A program made the translations under genes and the position numbers. Source: Vicinamibacterales bacterium (GTDB lineage Bacteria; Acidobacteriota; Vicinamibacteria; Vicinamibacterales; 2-12-FULL-66-21). From it: a stretch of 64,000 nucleotides of DNA. Within the stretch, counting starts at the first letter, position 1. The number at the start of each line of letters is the position of its first letter. The stretch covers positions 2,148 through 66,147 of the forward strand of contig JBMDXB010000142.1 of assembly GCA_048594885.1 (NCBI GenBank), in the 5' to 3' direction. Below the pieces are notes generated by a model, which did not search any database, was not told where the DNA came from, and saw only the letters and a list, made by a program, of their open reading frames with translations. This document shows positions 40,016 to 52,913 of this stretch, one piece after another.

Positions 40016-43000
40016 ATGACGATCCGGCTGCGCCGTCTGGTCCTGGTCGCGACGCTGTGCACGCTTGCGCCACTGTTCGTCTCATCGGCTGCGATGGAAC
40101 AGGCGCCGGCGCCTCGCTCCACCCGTGCCATTCAACTCGACGACATCATCTCTTGGAAGAACATCGGCCTGACGACGCTGTCGAACGACGGCCGATGGTT
40201 CGCCTATCGCGTCGCACCGTCCGAAGGCGACGCGCAGATCATCGCGCGCCGCACCGACTCCGACAAGGAGCTGAAGTTCGACATCGGTGAGACGCCGTCC
40301 GGCGGCGGCGAAGGACGCGGCGGCGGACCTCCCGCATTTGGCGGCGGCGGCTCGTCCGCGCTCGCGTTCTCGGACGACTCGAAGTGGATCGCGTTCACGA
40401 CGTATCCGTCACGTGCCGAGCAGCAGCGCATGCGCCGCCAGCGCCGTCCGGTGCAGAGCAGCGTCACGGTCGTGAATCTCGAGACCGGCGACAAGAAGAA
40501 CTATCCGCGGATCCGCCGCTTTGCGTTCTCCGGCGAGGCCGCCACGTGGATCGCGCTCCATCGCCAGCCCGCGCAGGCGGCGCCTGGCGCAAGCGGCGGC
40601 CGCGGCGACGCGCCGTCCGGGCCGCCGGCGGGCGGCGCCGGCGCGGGAGCGGCATCCGATCGGCCGCGCGGCACCGACCTGATCCTGCGCGAGCTCGCCA
40701 CCGGCCAGGAGGTGAACGTCGGCAACATCTCCGAGTTCGCGTTCTCGCGCGACGGCAAGTCCCTCGCGACCATCATCGACGCGCAGGACAAGATCGGCAA
40801 CGGCGTCCAGCTCCGCGACATGGCGAAGGGCACGGTCTCCGTGCTGGATCACGGCGAAGCGAGTTACGAGCGTCTGGGGTGGACCGAGAAGGGTGACGGC
40901 CTCGCCGTGCTCAAGGGCACGGACGACAAAGCGCTTCGCGACAAGCGCTACGCCGTCGTCGGGTTCACCGGTTTTGGCACCGGTGAACCGAAGAAGTCTC
41001 TCTACGATCCCGCAAACGACAAGACCTTCCCGGCGGGGATGACGATCAGCGGCAACCGCGCGCCGCAGTGGACTGAGAATCTCGACGCGCTGACGTTCGG
41101 CATCCACGAGCCGCGCAAGCGTGATGCGGCAAGTGACGCCCGCGCCGGCAGCGGAGAGGGGGGCGGCGAAGGCCAGGGCGATCGGCCAGCGGCGGCGCCG
41201 ACCGGACCGGAGGCGGAGGAGAAGGTGGATCTCGTGCTGTGGCACTGGAAGGATCCGCGCCTCCAGTCGCAGCAGGAAGTGCAGGAGTCCGGCGACCGCA
41301 ACTTCAGCTACCTCGCCCAATACCGTGTGCAGCCGCAAAAGTTCATCCGTCTGGCGGATGACGACGTGCGGACGGTGAGCGTGGCGCCGAAACAGCGCTA
41401 CGCGATTGGGTTCGACGAGCGCGAGTACGAGCTGATGGGCAATCTCGACGGCCGCCGCTTCCGCGACGTCTACGCGATCGACATGGAGACGGGCGAACGG
41501 AAGCTCGCGCTGAAGCGCGCTCGTTGGTACAACGGCCCGTCGCCGAACGGCGAACTGCTGCTGTTCTACGACGAGGGGCACTTCCAGGTCTACTCGATGA
41601 AGACCGGGCAGACGCGGAACATCACGAAGGGGGCGCCGGTATCGTTCGTCGACACCGAGAGCGACGTCAACGTCGTGAATCCTCCGACGCGGCCGATCGG
41701 CTGGACGAGCGACAACAAGTCGGTGCTCATCACCGACAACTGGGACGTCTGGCAGGTTCCGGTGGAGGGCGGGCCGTTCGTCAACCTCACCGGCAACGGC
41801 AGGAAGGAGCAGATCCGCTATCAGCAGCGGTTTGCGCTCGAACCGCCGGAGACGCGCGACGAAGGCATCGACCTCTCGAAGCCGCAGTACTTCCGCAGCT
41901 ACGGCGAGTGGACGAAGAAGAGCGGCATCGCGCGTGTCGACGCCGGCAAGCCCGGCGCGCAGCCGCTGTTCTGGGACGACGCGTCGTTCGGCGGCCTGAT
42001 GAAGGCGAAGAACGCGGACGTCTACCTGTACACGCGCGGGACGGCGACCGACCCCTCGGACTACTACGTGACCGACGCGAAGCTTGGGCCGGGAACGCGG
42101 ATCACGGACCAGCGGCCGCAGGTTGCGCAGTTCGCCTGGACGCCGGGCGTGCAGCTCGTGAACTACACGTGCGACAAGGGGGACAAGCTGCAGGCGGCGC
42201 TCTTCCTGCCGGCGAATTACGAGAAGGGCAAGGCGTATCCGACGCTCGTGAACTTCTACGAGCGGATGTCGCAGACGGCCAACACATTCCAGAATCCGTC
42301 CGCGAATGGATTCAACCGGTCCGTGTATACCAGTAATGGGTACGCGGTGCTCATTCCCGACATCGTTTACAAGGTGAATGACCCCGGCATGTCGGCCGTG
42401 TGGTGCATGGTGCCGGCCGTCAAGGCGGCGATCGCCACGGGCATCGTCGACGCGAAGAAGGTCGGCATCACCGGCCACTCGTGGGGCGGGTACCAGACGT
42501 CGTTCCTGATCACGCAGACCGACGTCTTCGCCGCGGCCGTCGCCGGCGCGCCGCTGACGAACATGGTCAGCATGTACAGCCTGATCTACAAGAACACCGG
42601 CGGCGGCAACATGGCGATCTTCGAGAGCAGCCAAGGGCGGTTCAAGGGCGGCTACTGGGACAACTGGGATGCCTACTACCGCAACTCACCGGTGTTCTTC
42701 GCGAAGAACGTGAAGACGCCGCTCATGATCCTGCACAACGACAAGGACAGCGCCGTCGACTTCACGCAGGGCGTGGAGTACTTCAGCACGCTGCGCCGGC
42801 TGCAGAAGCCGGTGATCATGCTCGAGTACGTCGGCGAGAACCACGGCCTGCGCAAACCGTCGAACCAGCGCGATTACACCGCCAGGATGAAGGAGTTCTT
42901 CGATCATCATCTGATGGGCGCGCCCGCGCCCGACTGGATGAAGAACGGCGTGCCGCGCCTGAAGATGGAGGAGCACCTGAAGGAGCGGAAGGCGAACCAG

Positions 43001-43042
43001 ACGAAGCAGAAGTCGACCACGACAACGGCGGCGTCGAAATGA
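40016..43042 (+). CDS. Large secreted S9 family peptidase (beta-propeller + alpha/beta hydrolase) with Gly-rich low-complexity inserts
   Basis: GHSWGGYQT catalytic-serine motif, HNDKDSAVD and ENHG. Signal peptide present. Inserts are GGGEGRGGGPP and GAGAGAASD. Confidence 0.75.
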   Translation: MTIRLRRLVLVATLCTLAPLFVSSAAMEQAPAPRSTRAIQLDDIISWKNIGLTTLSNDGRWFAYRVAPSEGDAQIIARRTDSDKELKFDIGETPSGGGEGRGGGPPAFGGGGSSALAFSDDSKWIAFTTYPSRAEQQRMRRQRRPVQSSVTVVNLETGDKKNYPRIRRFAFSGEAATWIALHRQPAQAAPGASGGRGDAPSGPPAGGAGAGAASDRPRGTDLILRELATGQEVNVGNISEFAFSRDGKSLATIIDAQDKIGNGVQLRDMAKGTVSVLDHGEASYERLGWTEKGDGLAVLKGTDDKALRDKRYAVVGFTGFGTGEPKKSLYDPANDKTFPAGMTISGNRAPQWTENLDALTFGIHEPRKRDAASDARAGSGEGGGEGQGDRPAAAPTGPEAEEKVDLVLWHWKDPRLQSQQEVQESGDRNFSYLAQYRVQPQKFIRLADDDVRTVSVAPKQRYAIGFDEREYELMGNLDGRRFRDVYAIDMETGERKLALKRARWYNGPSPNGELLLFYDEGHFQVYSMKTGQTRNITKGAPVSFVDTESDVNVVNPPTRPIGWTSDNKSVLITDNWDVWQVPVEGGPFVNLTGNGRKEQIRYQQRFALEPPETRDEGIDLSKPQYFRSYGEWTKKSGIARVDAGKPGAQPLFWDDASFGGLMKAKNADVYLYTRGTATDPSDYYVTDAKLGPGTRITDQRPQVAQFAWTPGVQLVNYTCDKGDKLQAALFLPANYEKGKAYPTLVNFYERMSQTANTFQNPSANGFNRSVYTSNGYAVLIPDIVYKVNDPGMSAVWCMVPAVKAAIATGIVDAKKVGITGHSWGGYQTSFLITQTDVFAAAVAGAPLTNMVSMYSLIYKNTGGGNMAIFESSQGRFKGGYWDNWDAYYRNSPVFFAKNVKTPLMILHNDKDSAVDFTQGVEYFSTLRRLQKPVIMLEYVGENHGLRKPSNQRDYTARMKEFFDHHLMGAPAPDWMKNGVPRLKMEEHLKERKANQTKQKSTTTTAASK

Positions 43043-43572
43043 ACATCACCTTCAATCCGTTCGGCGTCTTCCTGGCGATCGCCGGCGTCGGGTTCCTGTT
43101 CCTGATCGTGACGCTCGCGTTCGGCGAGATCTTCGATTTCTTCGACGCCGATCATGACTTCGATCACAGCCACGGCGGGCCGGGCTTCTTCAGCAGCCGC
43201 GTCATGGCGGTGTTCATCACCGCTTTCGGCGGCTTCGGCGCGATCGGCAGCCACTACGGCCTGACCGTCGTCGAGTCATCGGCCGTCGGTGTCGCCGGAG
43301 GCGTCATCTTCGGCGGACTGATTTACGTGTTCGCGCGATTCCTCTACAGCCAGCAGGCTTCGTCCGAGGTGCGGCCGACGGATCTCGTCGGTCAGTCTGG
43401 ACGTGTGGTCATCGCGATCCCCGCCGGCGGCCTCGGACAGGTGCGCTGCCGCATCGGCGAGGAGCTCGTCGACAAGATCGCGCGGACGCAGGACGGGCAG
43501 CCGCTGCCCGAGAACGCCACCGTGCTCGTCGCTGAAGTGCTCGGAGAAACCGTCGTCGTCAAGAAGCCCTGA
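43039..43572 (+). CDS. NfeD family membrane protein (short form, OB-fold C-terminus)
   Basis: Two TM helices followed by a beta-rich C-terminus. ATG overlaps the S9 peptidase stop (ATGA). Flotillin follows 16 nt later. Confidence 0.75.
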   Translation: MNITFNPFGVFLAIAGVGFLFLIVTLAFGEIFDFFDADHDFDHSHGGPGFFSSRVMAVFITAFGGFGAIGSHYGLTVVESSAVGVAGGVIFGGLIYVFARFLYSQQASSEVRPTDLVGQSGRVVIAIPAGGLGQVRCRIGEELVDKIARTQDGQPLPENATVLVAEVLGETVVVKKP

Positions 43573-43587
43573 ATCGAGGGAACCCAT

Positions 43588-45165
43588 ATGCTGGACCTGT
43601 TCAGTCCTCTCGCCATTCCGTTCATCGTGCTGGCGGTGGTCCTCGGCTTTCTCGCCGCGGGCTACTTGTTCAGCCGGAACTACATCAAGGTCTCGCCCAA
43701 CGCCGTTGCGGTGCTGAGCGGACGCAAGCGCAAGCTGCCGGACGGCCGGGTCGTCGGCTACCGGATGGTCCGCGGCGGCGCCGCGCTCCGCATCCCGCTG
43801 CTCGAGAAGGTCGAGTACCTGCACCTCAACGTGATGACGATCCCGCTCGAGATCAAGCGGGCGTACACGCTGAAGGGCGTGCCGGTCTCCGTCAAGGCCG
43901 TGGCGAACGTGAAGATCCGCGGCGACGACACGTCGCTGCAGGCGGCGGCCGAGCGGTTCCTGGGCATGACGCACGACACGATCCAGAAGGTCATCTTCCA
44001 GACGCTCGAAGGCCACCTCCGATCGATCCTCGGCACGCTGACCGTCGAGGAGGTCAACAGCGACCGTCAGAGCTTCGCGCAGAAGCTGACGACGGAGGCC
44101 GCGACCGACCTCGAGAAGATGGGCATCGGCGTCGACGTTCTCACGATCCAGGAGATCTCGGACGAAGAGGACTACCTGAACGCCCTCGGCAAGCGACGCA
44201 CCGCGGAGGTCAAGCGGGACGCGACCATCGGCGAGGCGGAGGCGCACCGCGACGCGAAGATCAAGTCGGCGGTGGCACTGCAGGAAGGCGAGCAGGCGAA
44301 GTTCAAGGCGGACGCCGAGATCGCCCAGGCGCAGCGCGACTTCGCCATCCGCCAGGCGCAGTACCAAGCTGAAATCGAGACGCAGAAGGCGCGTGCCGAG
44401 CAGGCTGGGCCGCTTTCCGAGGCTACGGCGCGGCAGGCGGTCGTCGCCGAGGAAGTGAAGGTCGAGCGCACGCGCACGCAGGAGCTGATCTCCGTCCAGG
44501 AACAGGAGGTCCTGCGCCGGCAGAAAGAGCTCGAAGCGACGGTCATCAAGCCGGCCGAAGCCGATCGCCAGGCCGCGGTCGTGCGCGCGGAAGCGAACAA
44601 GCAGGCTTCCATCCTCGAAGCCGAAGGCCGCCGCGCCGCGCTCATCGCCATGGCGCAGGCGGAGCAGGAAAAGCTGAAGCAGGAAGGCATCGGACGCGCC
44701 GCCGCCGTCGAGGCGGAGGGCAGGGCGGAAGCCGCGAAGATCGAGGCAATCGGTCTTGCACAGGCGAAGGCGATCGAGGCGCAGGGGACGGCCGAAGCCG
44801 CCGCGATTCTTCGCAAGGCGGAAGCGTGGAAGGAGTTCAACGACGCGGCGCGCCTGCAGACGATCCTCGAGAAGCTCCCGGCGATCATCCAGGCCTCGAC
44901 GGGCGTGTTCGGCGCGGTGGCCGCTCCGCTCGGCAACATCGACAAGGTGGTCGTGATCGACCAGGGCAACGGCGCAGCGGACGGCGGCGGCATCGGCAAG
45001 ATCGCGAAGGCCGGGCCGTCGGTGGTGTTCAACCTGCTGCAGCAGCTCGAGGCGCTCGGCCTGAACGTGCCAACCGTGATGCAGCAGCTCGGCGTTGCAT
45101 CTGCCGCGACGGCGGCGCCGCCGGTCGTCACGGCGACGCCGGTGCCGGAGCCGAAGAAGAACTGA
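43588..45165 (+). CDS. Flotillin family (SPFH/band-7) protein
   Basis: N-terminal TM, an SPFH domain and a long A/E-rich coiled coil (EAEGRRAALIAMAQAEQEK...). Confidence 0.85.
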   Translation: MLDLFSPLAIPFIVLAVVLGFLAAGYLFSRNYIKVSPNAVAVLSGRKRKLPDGRVVGYRMVRGGAALRIPLLEKVEYLHLNVMTIPLEIKRAYTLKGVPVSVKAVANVKIRGDDTSLQAAAERFLGMTHDTIQKVIFQTLEGHLRSILGTLTVEEVNSDRQSFAQKLTTEAATDLEKMGIGVDVLTIQEISDEEDYLNALGKRRTAEVKRDATIGEAEAHRDAKIKSAVALQEGEQAKFKADAEIAQAQRDFAIRQAQYQAEIETQKARAEQAGPLSEATARQAVVAEEVKVERTRTQELISVQEQEVLRRQKELEATVIKPAEADRQAAVVRAEANKQASILEAEGRRAALIAMAQAEQEKLKQEGIGRAAAVEAEGRAEAAKIEAIGLAQAKAIEAQGTAEAAAILRKAEAWKEFNDAARLQTILEKLPAIIQASTGVFGAVAAPLGNIDKVVVIDQGNGAADGGGIGKIAKAGPSVVFNLLQQLEALGLNVPTVMQQLGVASAATAAPPVVTATPVPEPKKN

Positions 45166-45227
45166 CATCGTGCGTGTGATGACGCGTCTGGCGCGGCCGA
45201 GCTTGCCGCCGCCAGACGCGATCGACC

Positions 45228-46865
45228 ATGCGCATCGACGAACCCCTGCGCCGAGGCCGTGACGCCTACGCGCACCGAGCGTGGGCAGAAGCCTGCACGC
45301 TGCTCGACACCGCCGCACAGGCGGCGCCGCTTCCTGCCGAAGATCTCGAACGCCTTGCCACCGCGGCCGTATCTCATTGGACGCGACGAGGCGAGCATCG
45401 ACGCCTGGACCAGCGCGCACAACGCATACCTCGGCGCACGCGACGTGCCTCGAGCCGTGCGCTGCGCGTTCTGGCTGATTATGGCTCTGGCGTCGTCGGG
45501 CGAGTGGGCGCGTGCCGGCGGATGGCTGGCCACCGCGCGGCGCCTGCTCGATGCCGGCAGCCACGACTGCGCCGAGCGAGGTCTCCTCCGCGTGCTCCGT
45601 GCGCGCACCAATCTGAAGAACCGCGATCAGTCGGCTGCTGAGGACGACGCACGCCAGGCGATCGCCCTCGGCGATCGGTTCGACGATCCCGAGCTGGCGC
45701 TGTTCGGCCTTCTTTCGCTCGCCCTCGTGCTGACGAGAAGCGGACGCGCCGCGGACGCCGTCGCGCTGTTCGACGAGGTCATGGTTGGTGTCACGACGCG
45801 CGACGTGTCGCCCATCGCCGTTGGCACCGTTTACTGCGCGGTGATCGACGGCTGCTACGAAATCCTCGATGTGGGGCGCGCACGCGAGTGGACCGACGCG
45901 CTGTCGCGGTGGTGCGCCGCTCAACCCGAGATGGTCCCCTTCCGTGGCCACTGCCTCGTGCACCGCGCCGAGACCATGCGCTTCTGCGGCGCGTGGTCGA
46001 GCGCAGCGGACGAGGCCGAGAGCGCGTGCCGTCAGGCCTCACGGCTCGCAGGCATTCCGATTGGCGCCGCGTTCTACGAGCTCGCTGAGATCCACCGGAT
46101 GCGCGGCAGATTCGAGGAGGCGGAGGAAGCCTACCGTCGCGCCAGCGAGAACGGCCGATCGCCGGAACCCGGGCTCGCGTTGCTCCGGCTCGCGCAGGGC
46201 CGCGTGACGCTGGCGGAAGCGGCAATACGCCGCGCGCCCCAGTCGCAGAACCGGTTCGTGCGGGCCGGCGTTCTGATGGCCGCCGTCGAGATCATGGTGG
46301 CGGTGCGCGATCTTGCAGCCGCGCATGCGGCGGCCGGCGAGCTATCGCGAATGGCTGCCGATGTCGGAACGCCATTCCTGCGGGCCGCGTCCGCCCAGGC
46401 GGCCGGTGCCCTTCTCCTCGCGGAGAACAGGCCACGCGAGGCGTTCGATCTCCTGCGCTCTGCGTGGATGGAATGGCAGGGCATCGAAGTGCCGTACGAG
46501 GCTGCGCGCGTGCGCGTGGCAATGGGCCTGGCGTGTCGCGATCTCGGCGATCACGACGGCGCGGAACTGGAGTTTTCGGCGGCGCGGCGCGTGTTCGAGC
46601 GCCTCGATGCTGCGCCCGATCTCGCGAGGGTGGACGACTGCTGGGATCGGCTCCTTCCGCAGCCCCGCCTCTCGCGCCGCTCACGACTCGCGAGCTGCAG
46701 GTCCTACGGCTGATTGCGGCGGGCCGCACCAACCGCGACATCGCCGGGCAACTCGCCATCAGCGCCCGCACCGTCGATCGACACGTCAGCAATATCCTCA
46801 CGAAACTTGATCTCGCCTCTCGCTCCGCGGCGACCGCTTACGCCTACGAGCACGGCCTCATCTAA
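45228..46865 (+). pseudogene. LuxR-family (large ATP/TPR-type N-terminus + C-terminal HTH) regulator interrupted by two frameshifts
   Basis: The coherent protein runs in frame 3 (45228-~45380), then frame 1 (~45380-~46650), then frame 3 again to the LuxR HTH ([38 protein letters not shown]). Confidence 0.5.
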
Positions 46866-47069
46866 TGTCGTAGAGGCCGACCATGGTCGGCCCCAGGGCG
46901 GAGCAAGCCCCCCCTACGCGATAGTGAATACGTCACCGGAATTCCGTGTCTAGCCGTACGGAGGATTACCCACGACGCAATCTTCCGACATGGGTAGTCC
47001 TGCCGAAACACCGGCGTGCCTATCGAGCGCATCCTCTCCGGTATGGCACCCGCGAAGGAGGAGGACACC

Positions 47070-47894
47070 ATGACGATCACGAGCGCACCGCCCCAGCCAT
47101 ACGGCGCCACCTTTGCCGGCAACCTGCCCGAGAACTACGAACGGTAGTTCGTGCCGGCGATCGGCCAGCCGCTGGCACACGACCTCGTCGACGAGGCGCA
47201 GCTTCGTCCCGGCGATCGCGTCCTCGACGTCGCGTGTGGAACCGGCATCGTCGCGCGGCTGGCCGCCGAGCGTGTCGTGCCGGACGGAATCGTCGCCGGC
47301 GCGGATCTCACGCCGGGAATGCTGGCCGTGGCGCGCACGGTTACGGCCGCTGCATCCATTGCGATTCAGTGGTACGAGACGAGCGCGGAAGCGATGCCGC
47401 TGCCGGACGCGTCGTTCGATGTCGTGCTGTGCCAGCTCGGCCTGCAGTTCGTCGTCGACAAGCGTGCGGCGCTGCGCGAGATGCGGCGCGTACTCGTGCC
47501 GGGCGGCCGCGCCTATGTGACGACTCCGGTTCCGACGCCCTTCTTCGACGTCATGGACGCCGCGCTGGAGCGCCGCGGTCTCGCTCCTGCCGCCGCGTTC
47601 GTTCGCCAGGTGTTTTCGCTGAACGACCCGCGCGAGCTCGAGCGCCTGTTTCGTGACGCCGGCTTCTCTGGAGTCGAAGTGCGGATCGACGAGAAGCAGC
47701 CGCGTCTCTCAGCAGCGAGTGACTTCGTCCGGCAGTATTTCGAGAGCACTCCGATTGGCTCGGCGGTCGACATGCTCGGCGGGACGCGGCGCGCGGCGCT
47801 GGAACGCGAGATCGCCGAGTCCTGGCAGCCGTGGGCGCAGAACGGCGGCGTCACGTACGCGCAGCCGATCCTCGTCGGGAAGGCGCGGAAGTGA
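47070..47894 (+). pseudogene. Class I SAM-dependent methyltransferase with in-frame TAG at 47145-47147 (expected Trp in the conserved ...YERWFVP... N-terminus)
   Basis: Strong RBS GAAGGAGGAGG before the ATG at 47070. The sequence reads ENYER-TAG-FVPAIGQP, then DRVLDVACGTG motif I downstream in the same frame. Confidence 0.55.
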
Positions 47895-47897
47895 CGG

Positions 47898-50564
<2,667 letters not shown>

Positions 50565-50572
50565 CGTTCACC

Positions 50573-50911
50573 TCACGAGGTTGCGTCGAGAATTCGCGCG
50601 ACGGCGGTGGTGATCCTCGCCCAGTTCTCCTTTTCGAGCTCGAGCTGCCGGTGGCCGGCCCGCGTCAGGCGATAGAACTTCGCCTGCCGGTTGGCGTCGG
50701 ACAGGCCCCACTCCGCGGCAATCCACCCCTGCTCTTCGAGCCGGTGCAGCGCCGGATAGAGCGACCCCTGGTTGACCTGGAGGACATCCTGGGAGATCTG
50801 CTGGATGCGTTGCGAGATCCCCCAGCCGTGTTGCGGGCCGAGCGCCAGCGTTTTGAGAATCAGCAGATCGAGCGTGCCCTGGAGGACGTCGCTTTTCGAG
50901 CTCTTGCCCAT
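50573..50911 (-). CDS. PadR family transcriptional regulator
   Basis: LILKTLALGPQHGWGISQRIQQIS ... LYPALHRLEEQGWIAAEW. Confidence 0.85.
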   Translation of the reverse strand: MGKSSKSDVLQGTLDLLILKTLALGPQHGWGISQRIQQISQDVLQVNQGSLYPALHRLEEQGWIAAEWGLSDANRQAKFYRLTRAGHRQLELEKENWARITTAVARILDATS

Positions 50912-50921
50912 TCGATGCTCC

Positions 50922-50968
50922 TGTAGACGTTCGACAACACTACCCGGTTCCCTTGTCGATTGTCTACA
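50922..50968. promoter_or_regulatory. 16-bp inverted repeat TGTAGACGTTCGACAA-N15-TTGTCGATTGTCTACA immediately upstream of the PadR gene (candidate PadR operator)
   Basis: 14 of 16 positions are complementary, 11-57 nt upstream of the PadR start. Confidence 0.55.
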
Positions 50969-51016
50969 AGAAACTGGAGGAGCGAGCGAAGCGGCGTCAG
51001 ACGTGCCGCGTCCCGG

Positions 51017-52903
51017 TCACACCGTCCCGGCGGGCGCGGCCGTCTTCGCGGCGCACGGGTCGCCGTAGAAGCAGTACGCCGCGTATGAGTCCTCGGCGCG
51101 TTCCGGGTCGTAGGCGCGCGCCCTGAACTCCTGCAGGATCTCGGCGAACGGCTTCGATTCGATCTGCTCGTAGAAGCCGCGCGCGACCTCGTTGGCAATT
51201 TCGTCCTTGACGCTCCAGAGCGGAGCGATGACCGCAGCCGCGCCTTTCCTGATGAACGCCGAGGCGAAGCCGCCGACGCCGATCAGTCCCGGCTTCGTGC
51301 GCCCGACCTCGCACGCATTCAGGAACACGAGCGGCGGCGCCTGCGCGAACGCTGCATCGGCCGCATCCATGCCCTCGAACGTCGTGGACGCCAGCGTCGC
51401 ATCGTTGTCGAGATAAATCGTCTGGTCGGTGGCGTCGTCGGTGCCGTGACACGCGATGTGGATCAGGTGACGGCCGCCCGCCTTGAAGTGCTTCTCGATG
51501 TTCGCGAAGGTCGCAGGATCGATTCGCTCGGCGCGGCGCTTCTCGACGAGCAGCTCGGCTTCCTTCTGCGCGAGCGGCAGGTCGCGCGTTCCGGCGTAGC
51601 GGGGCGCGATCACGTAGGCATCCGCAAGCGAGAGGCTGCGGCCGCCGGCGATGGCTCCGGGCGCCGTCCAGCGGCCGATCGTGAATTCGACGCCGAGCGG
51701 CGGACGCGTTTCGGTCGCGGCGCCGAGGCGGCGCACCGGGATCATCAGCTCCCACGGGATGAACGGCTCGTCGGAGACGATCGCCACGGTCTTCGGCAGC
51801 TTTCCGGCGTCGACCAGCGACCAGAACACCTTCTGAAACACCGCCGGCGACGCCATGAACAGGCGCCGGCCAGCGCCCTTGAGCCGCGCGACGAGCTCGG
51901 GCGGCTGCGATTCCCCCGTGAATCCGTTCAGGTAGTCCGCGACGATGTCGCGCGAAACCTCCGGGAGATTCCATTCGCCGGTCACACCGGATGCGTACTC
52001 CGGCAGCAGCGACGTATGAACGGTGCACCAGAACTGACGCCCGTCGTTGATTGGCTTCGCCACGACGGTGACGGTCAGGTCCGCCGGCTCGCCGCCGTCA
52101 ATCGTCACGCGACCCGATCGGGCGGGCGCGACGCGTTCACGGGACGTCCTCGCCACGGAACCGGCCGGCCGCCCACGCCAATGAAACACCGCGGTCAGAC
52201 CTGGAACGCCTTGCTGCAGCTTCGCGGCGTCGTCGAGGGTTCGCACCTGGAACGTGGCCGCCTCGGACCGCTCCTGGGCGCGTGAAATCAACAGGGTTCG
52301 GCTCGTCGCGCCGATGACTGTGAAATGCTCCGTCGGAAGCAGTGTGACATCCACGACGGCCTCGTCGTTTGCCGTTTCGATCGAGAGCTCATCGACGATC
52401 TCGCCGTCGCGCGCCGCGGCGGTGTCGACATACACGCGGACGTCGATCGTTGTCGACGGCTCGAGCGCGTCGTCTGACACATCCATGTGCGGCGTCCGCC
52501 GCAACGGCCGCCTGACGCCGCCGCCCGCCTCCTCGCCCTCGAATGCAAAGGCGTCGCGAAACACTCCCGTCGGTCGTCCGGGCGCCGTCTGCGAGAGCGC
52601 ATCGATCGCCGCCTGCGCCCGCTCGCGGTAAGCGCTGGAGGATTCGGCGAGCTGACGCATCAGTTTCATTCCGTCCCGAGCGCGTCCTATCGCCACGAGA
52701 TGTTGTGCCTTCTCGAATCGAAGCAGATCGGCACGCTCGCTGATGCGCTCCAGGTACTGCTTCGCCTCCTCGGACGAGGCGTCGTTTCGCGCGATTAACT
52801 GACGGAAGAGCACCGCCGCCTCAGTGTCGTTGCCCTGCTCGAAGAGAGAGACGGCTTCCGCAAAGAGCCACGTCCTGGTGGACACGGTGGACACGTCGGA
52901 CAC
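51017..52903 (-). CDS. CHAT-domain (caspase-like) protease with uncharacterised ~400-aa N-terminal region
   Basis: His/Cys dyad motifs LIHIACHGT and LVFLNACEVG. The GTG start has an AGGGGG RBS 10 nt after the upstream gene's stop. Confidence 0.75.
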   Translation of the reverse strand: MSDVSTVSTRTWLFAEAVSLFEQGNDTEAAVLFRQLIARNDASSEEAKQYLERISERADLLRFEKAQHLVAIGRARDGMKLMRQLAESSSAYRERAQAAIDALSQTAPGRPTGVFRDAFAFEGEEAGGGVRRPLRRTPHMDVSDDALEPSTTIDVRVYVDTAAARDGEIVDELSIETANDEAVVDVTLLPTEHFTVIGATSRTLLISRAQERSEAATFQVRTLDDAAKLQQGVPGLTAVFHWRGRPAGSVARTSRERVAPARSGRVTIDGGEPADLTVTVVAKPINDGRQFWCTVHTSLLPEYASGVTGEWNLPEVSRDIVADYLNGFTGESQPPELVARLKGAGRRLFMASPAVFQKVFWSLVDAGKLPKTVAIVSDEPFIPWELMIPVRRLGAATETRPPLGVEFTIGRWTAPGAIAGGRSLSLADAYVIAPRYAGTRDLPLAQKEAELLVEKRRAERIDPATFANIEKHFKAGGRHLIHIACHGTDDATDQTIYLDNDATLASTTFEGMDAADAAFAQAPPLVFLNACEVGRTKPGLIGVGGFASAFIRKGAAAVIAPLWSVKDEIANEVARGFYEQIESKPFAEILQEFRARAYDPERAEDSYAAYCFYGDPCAAKTAAPAGTV

Positions 52904-52913
52904 GGTGAACCCC

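Noticed and set aside
40290-40700. Gly-rich low-complexity segments inside the 1008-aa S9 peptidase as possible repeat insertions, like the one in modC.
   Set aside because: They are ordinary GGC-codon runs encoding flexible Gly/Ala/Pro linkers without the CCGGGGGGCC core. They are treated as compositional low complexity, not the minisatellite.
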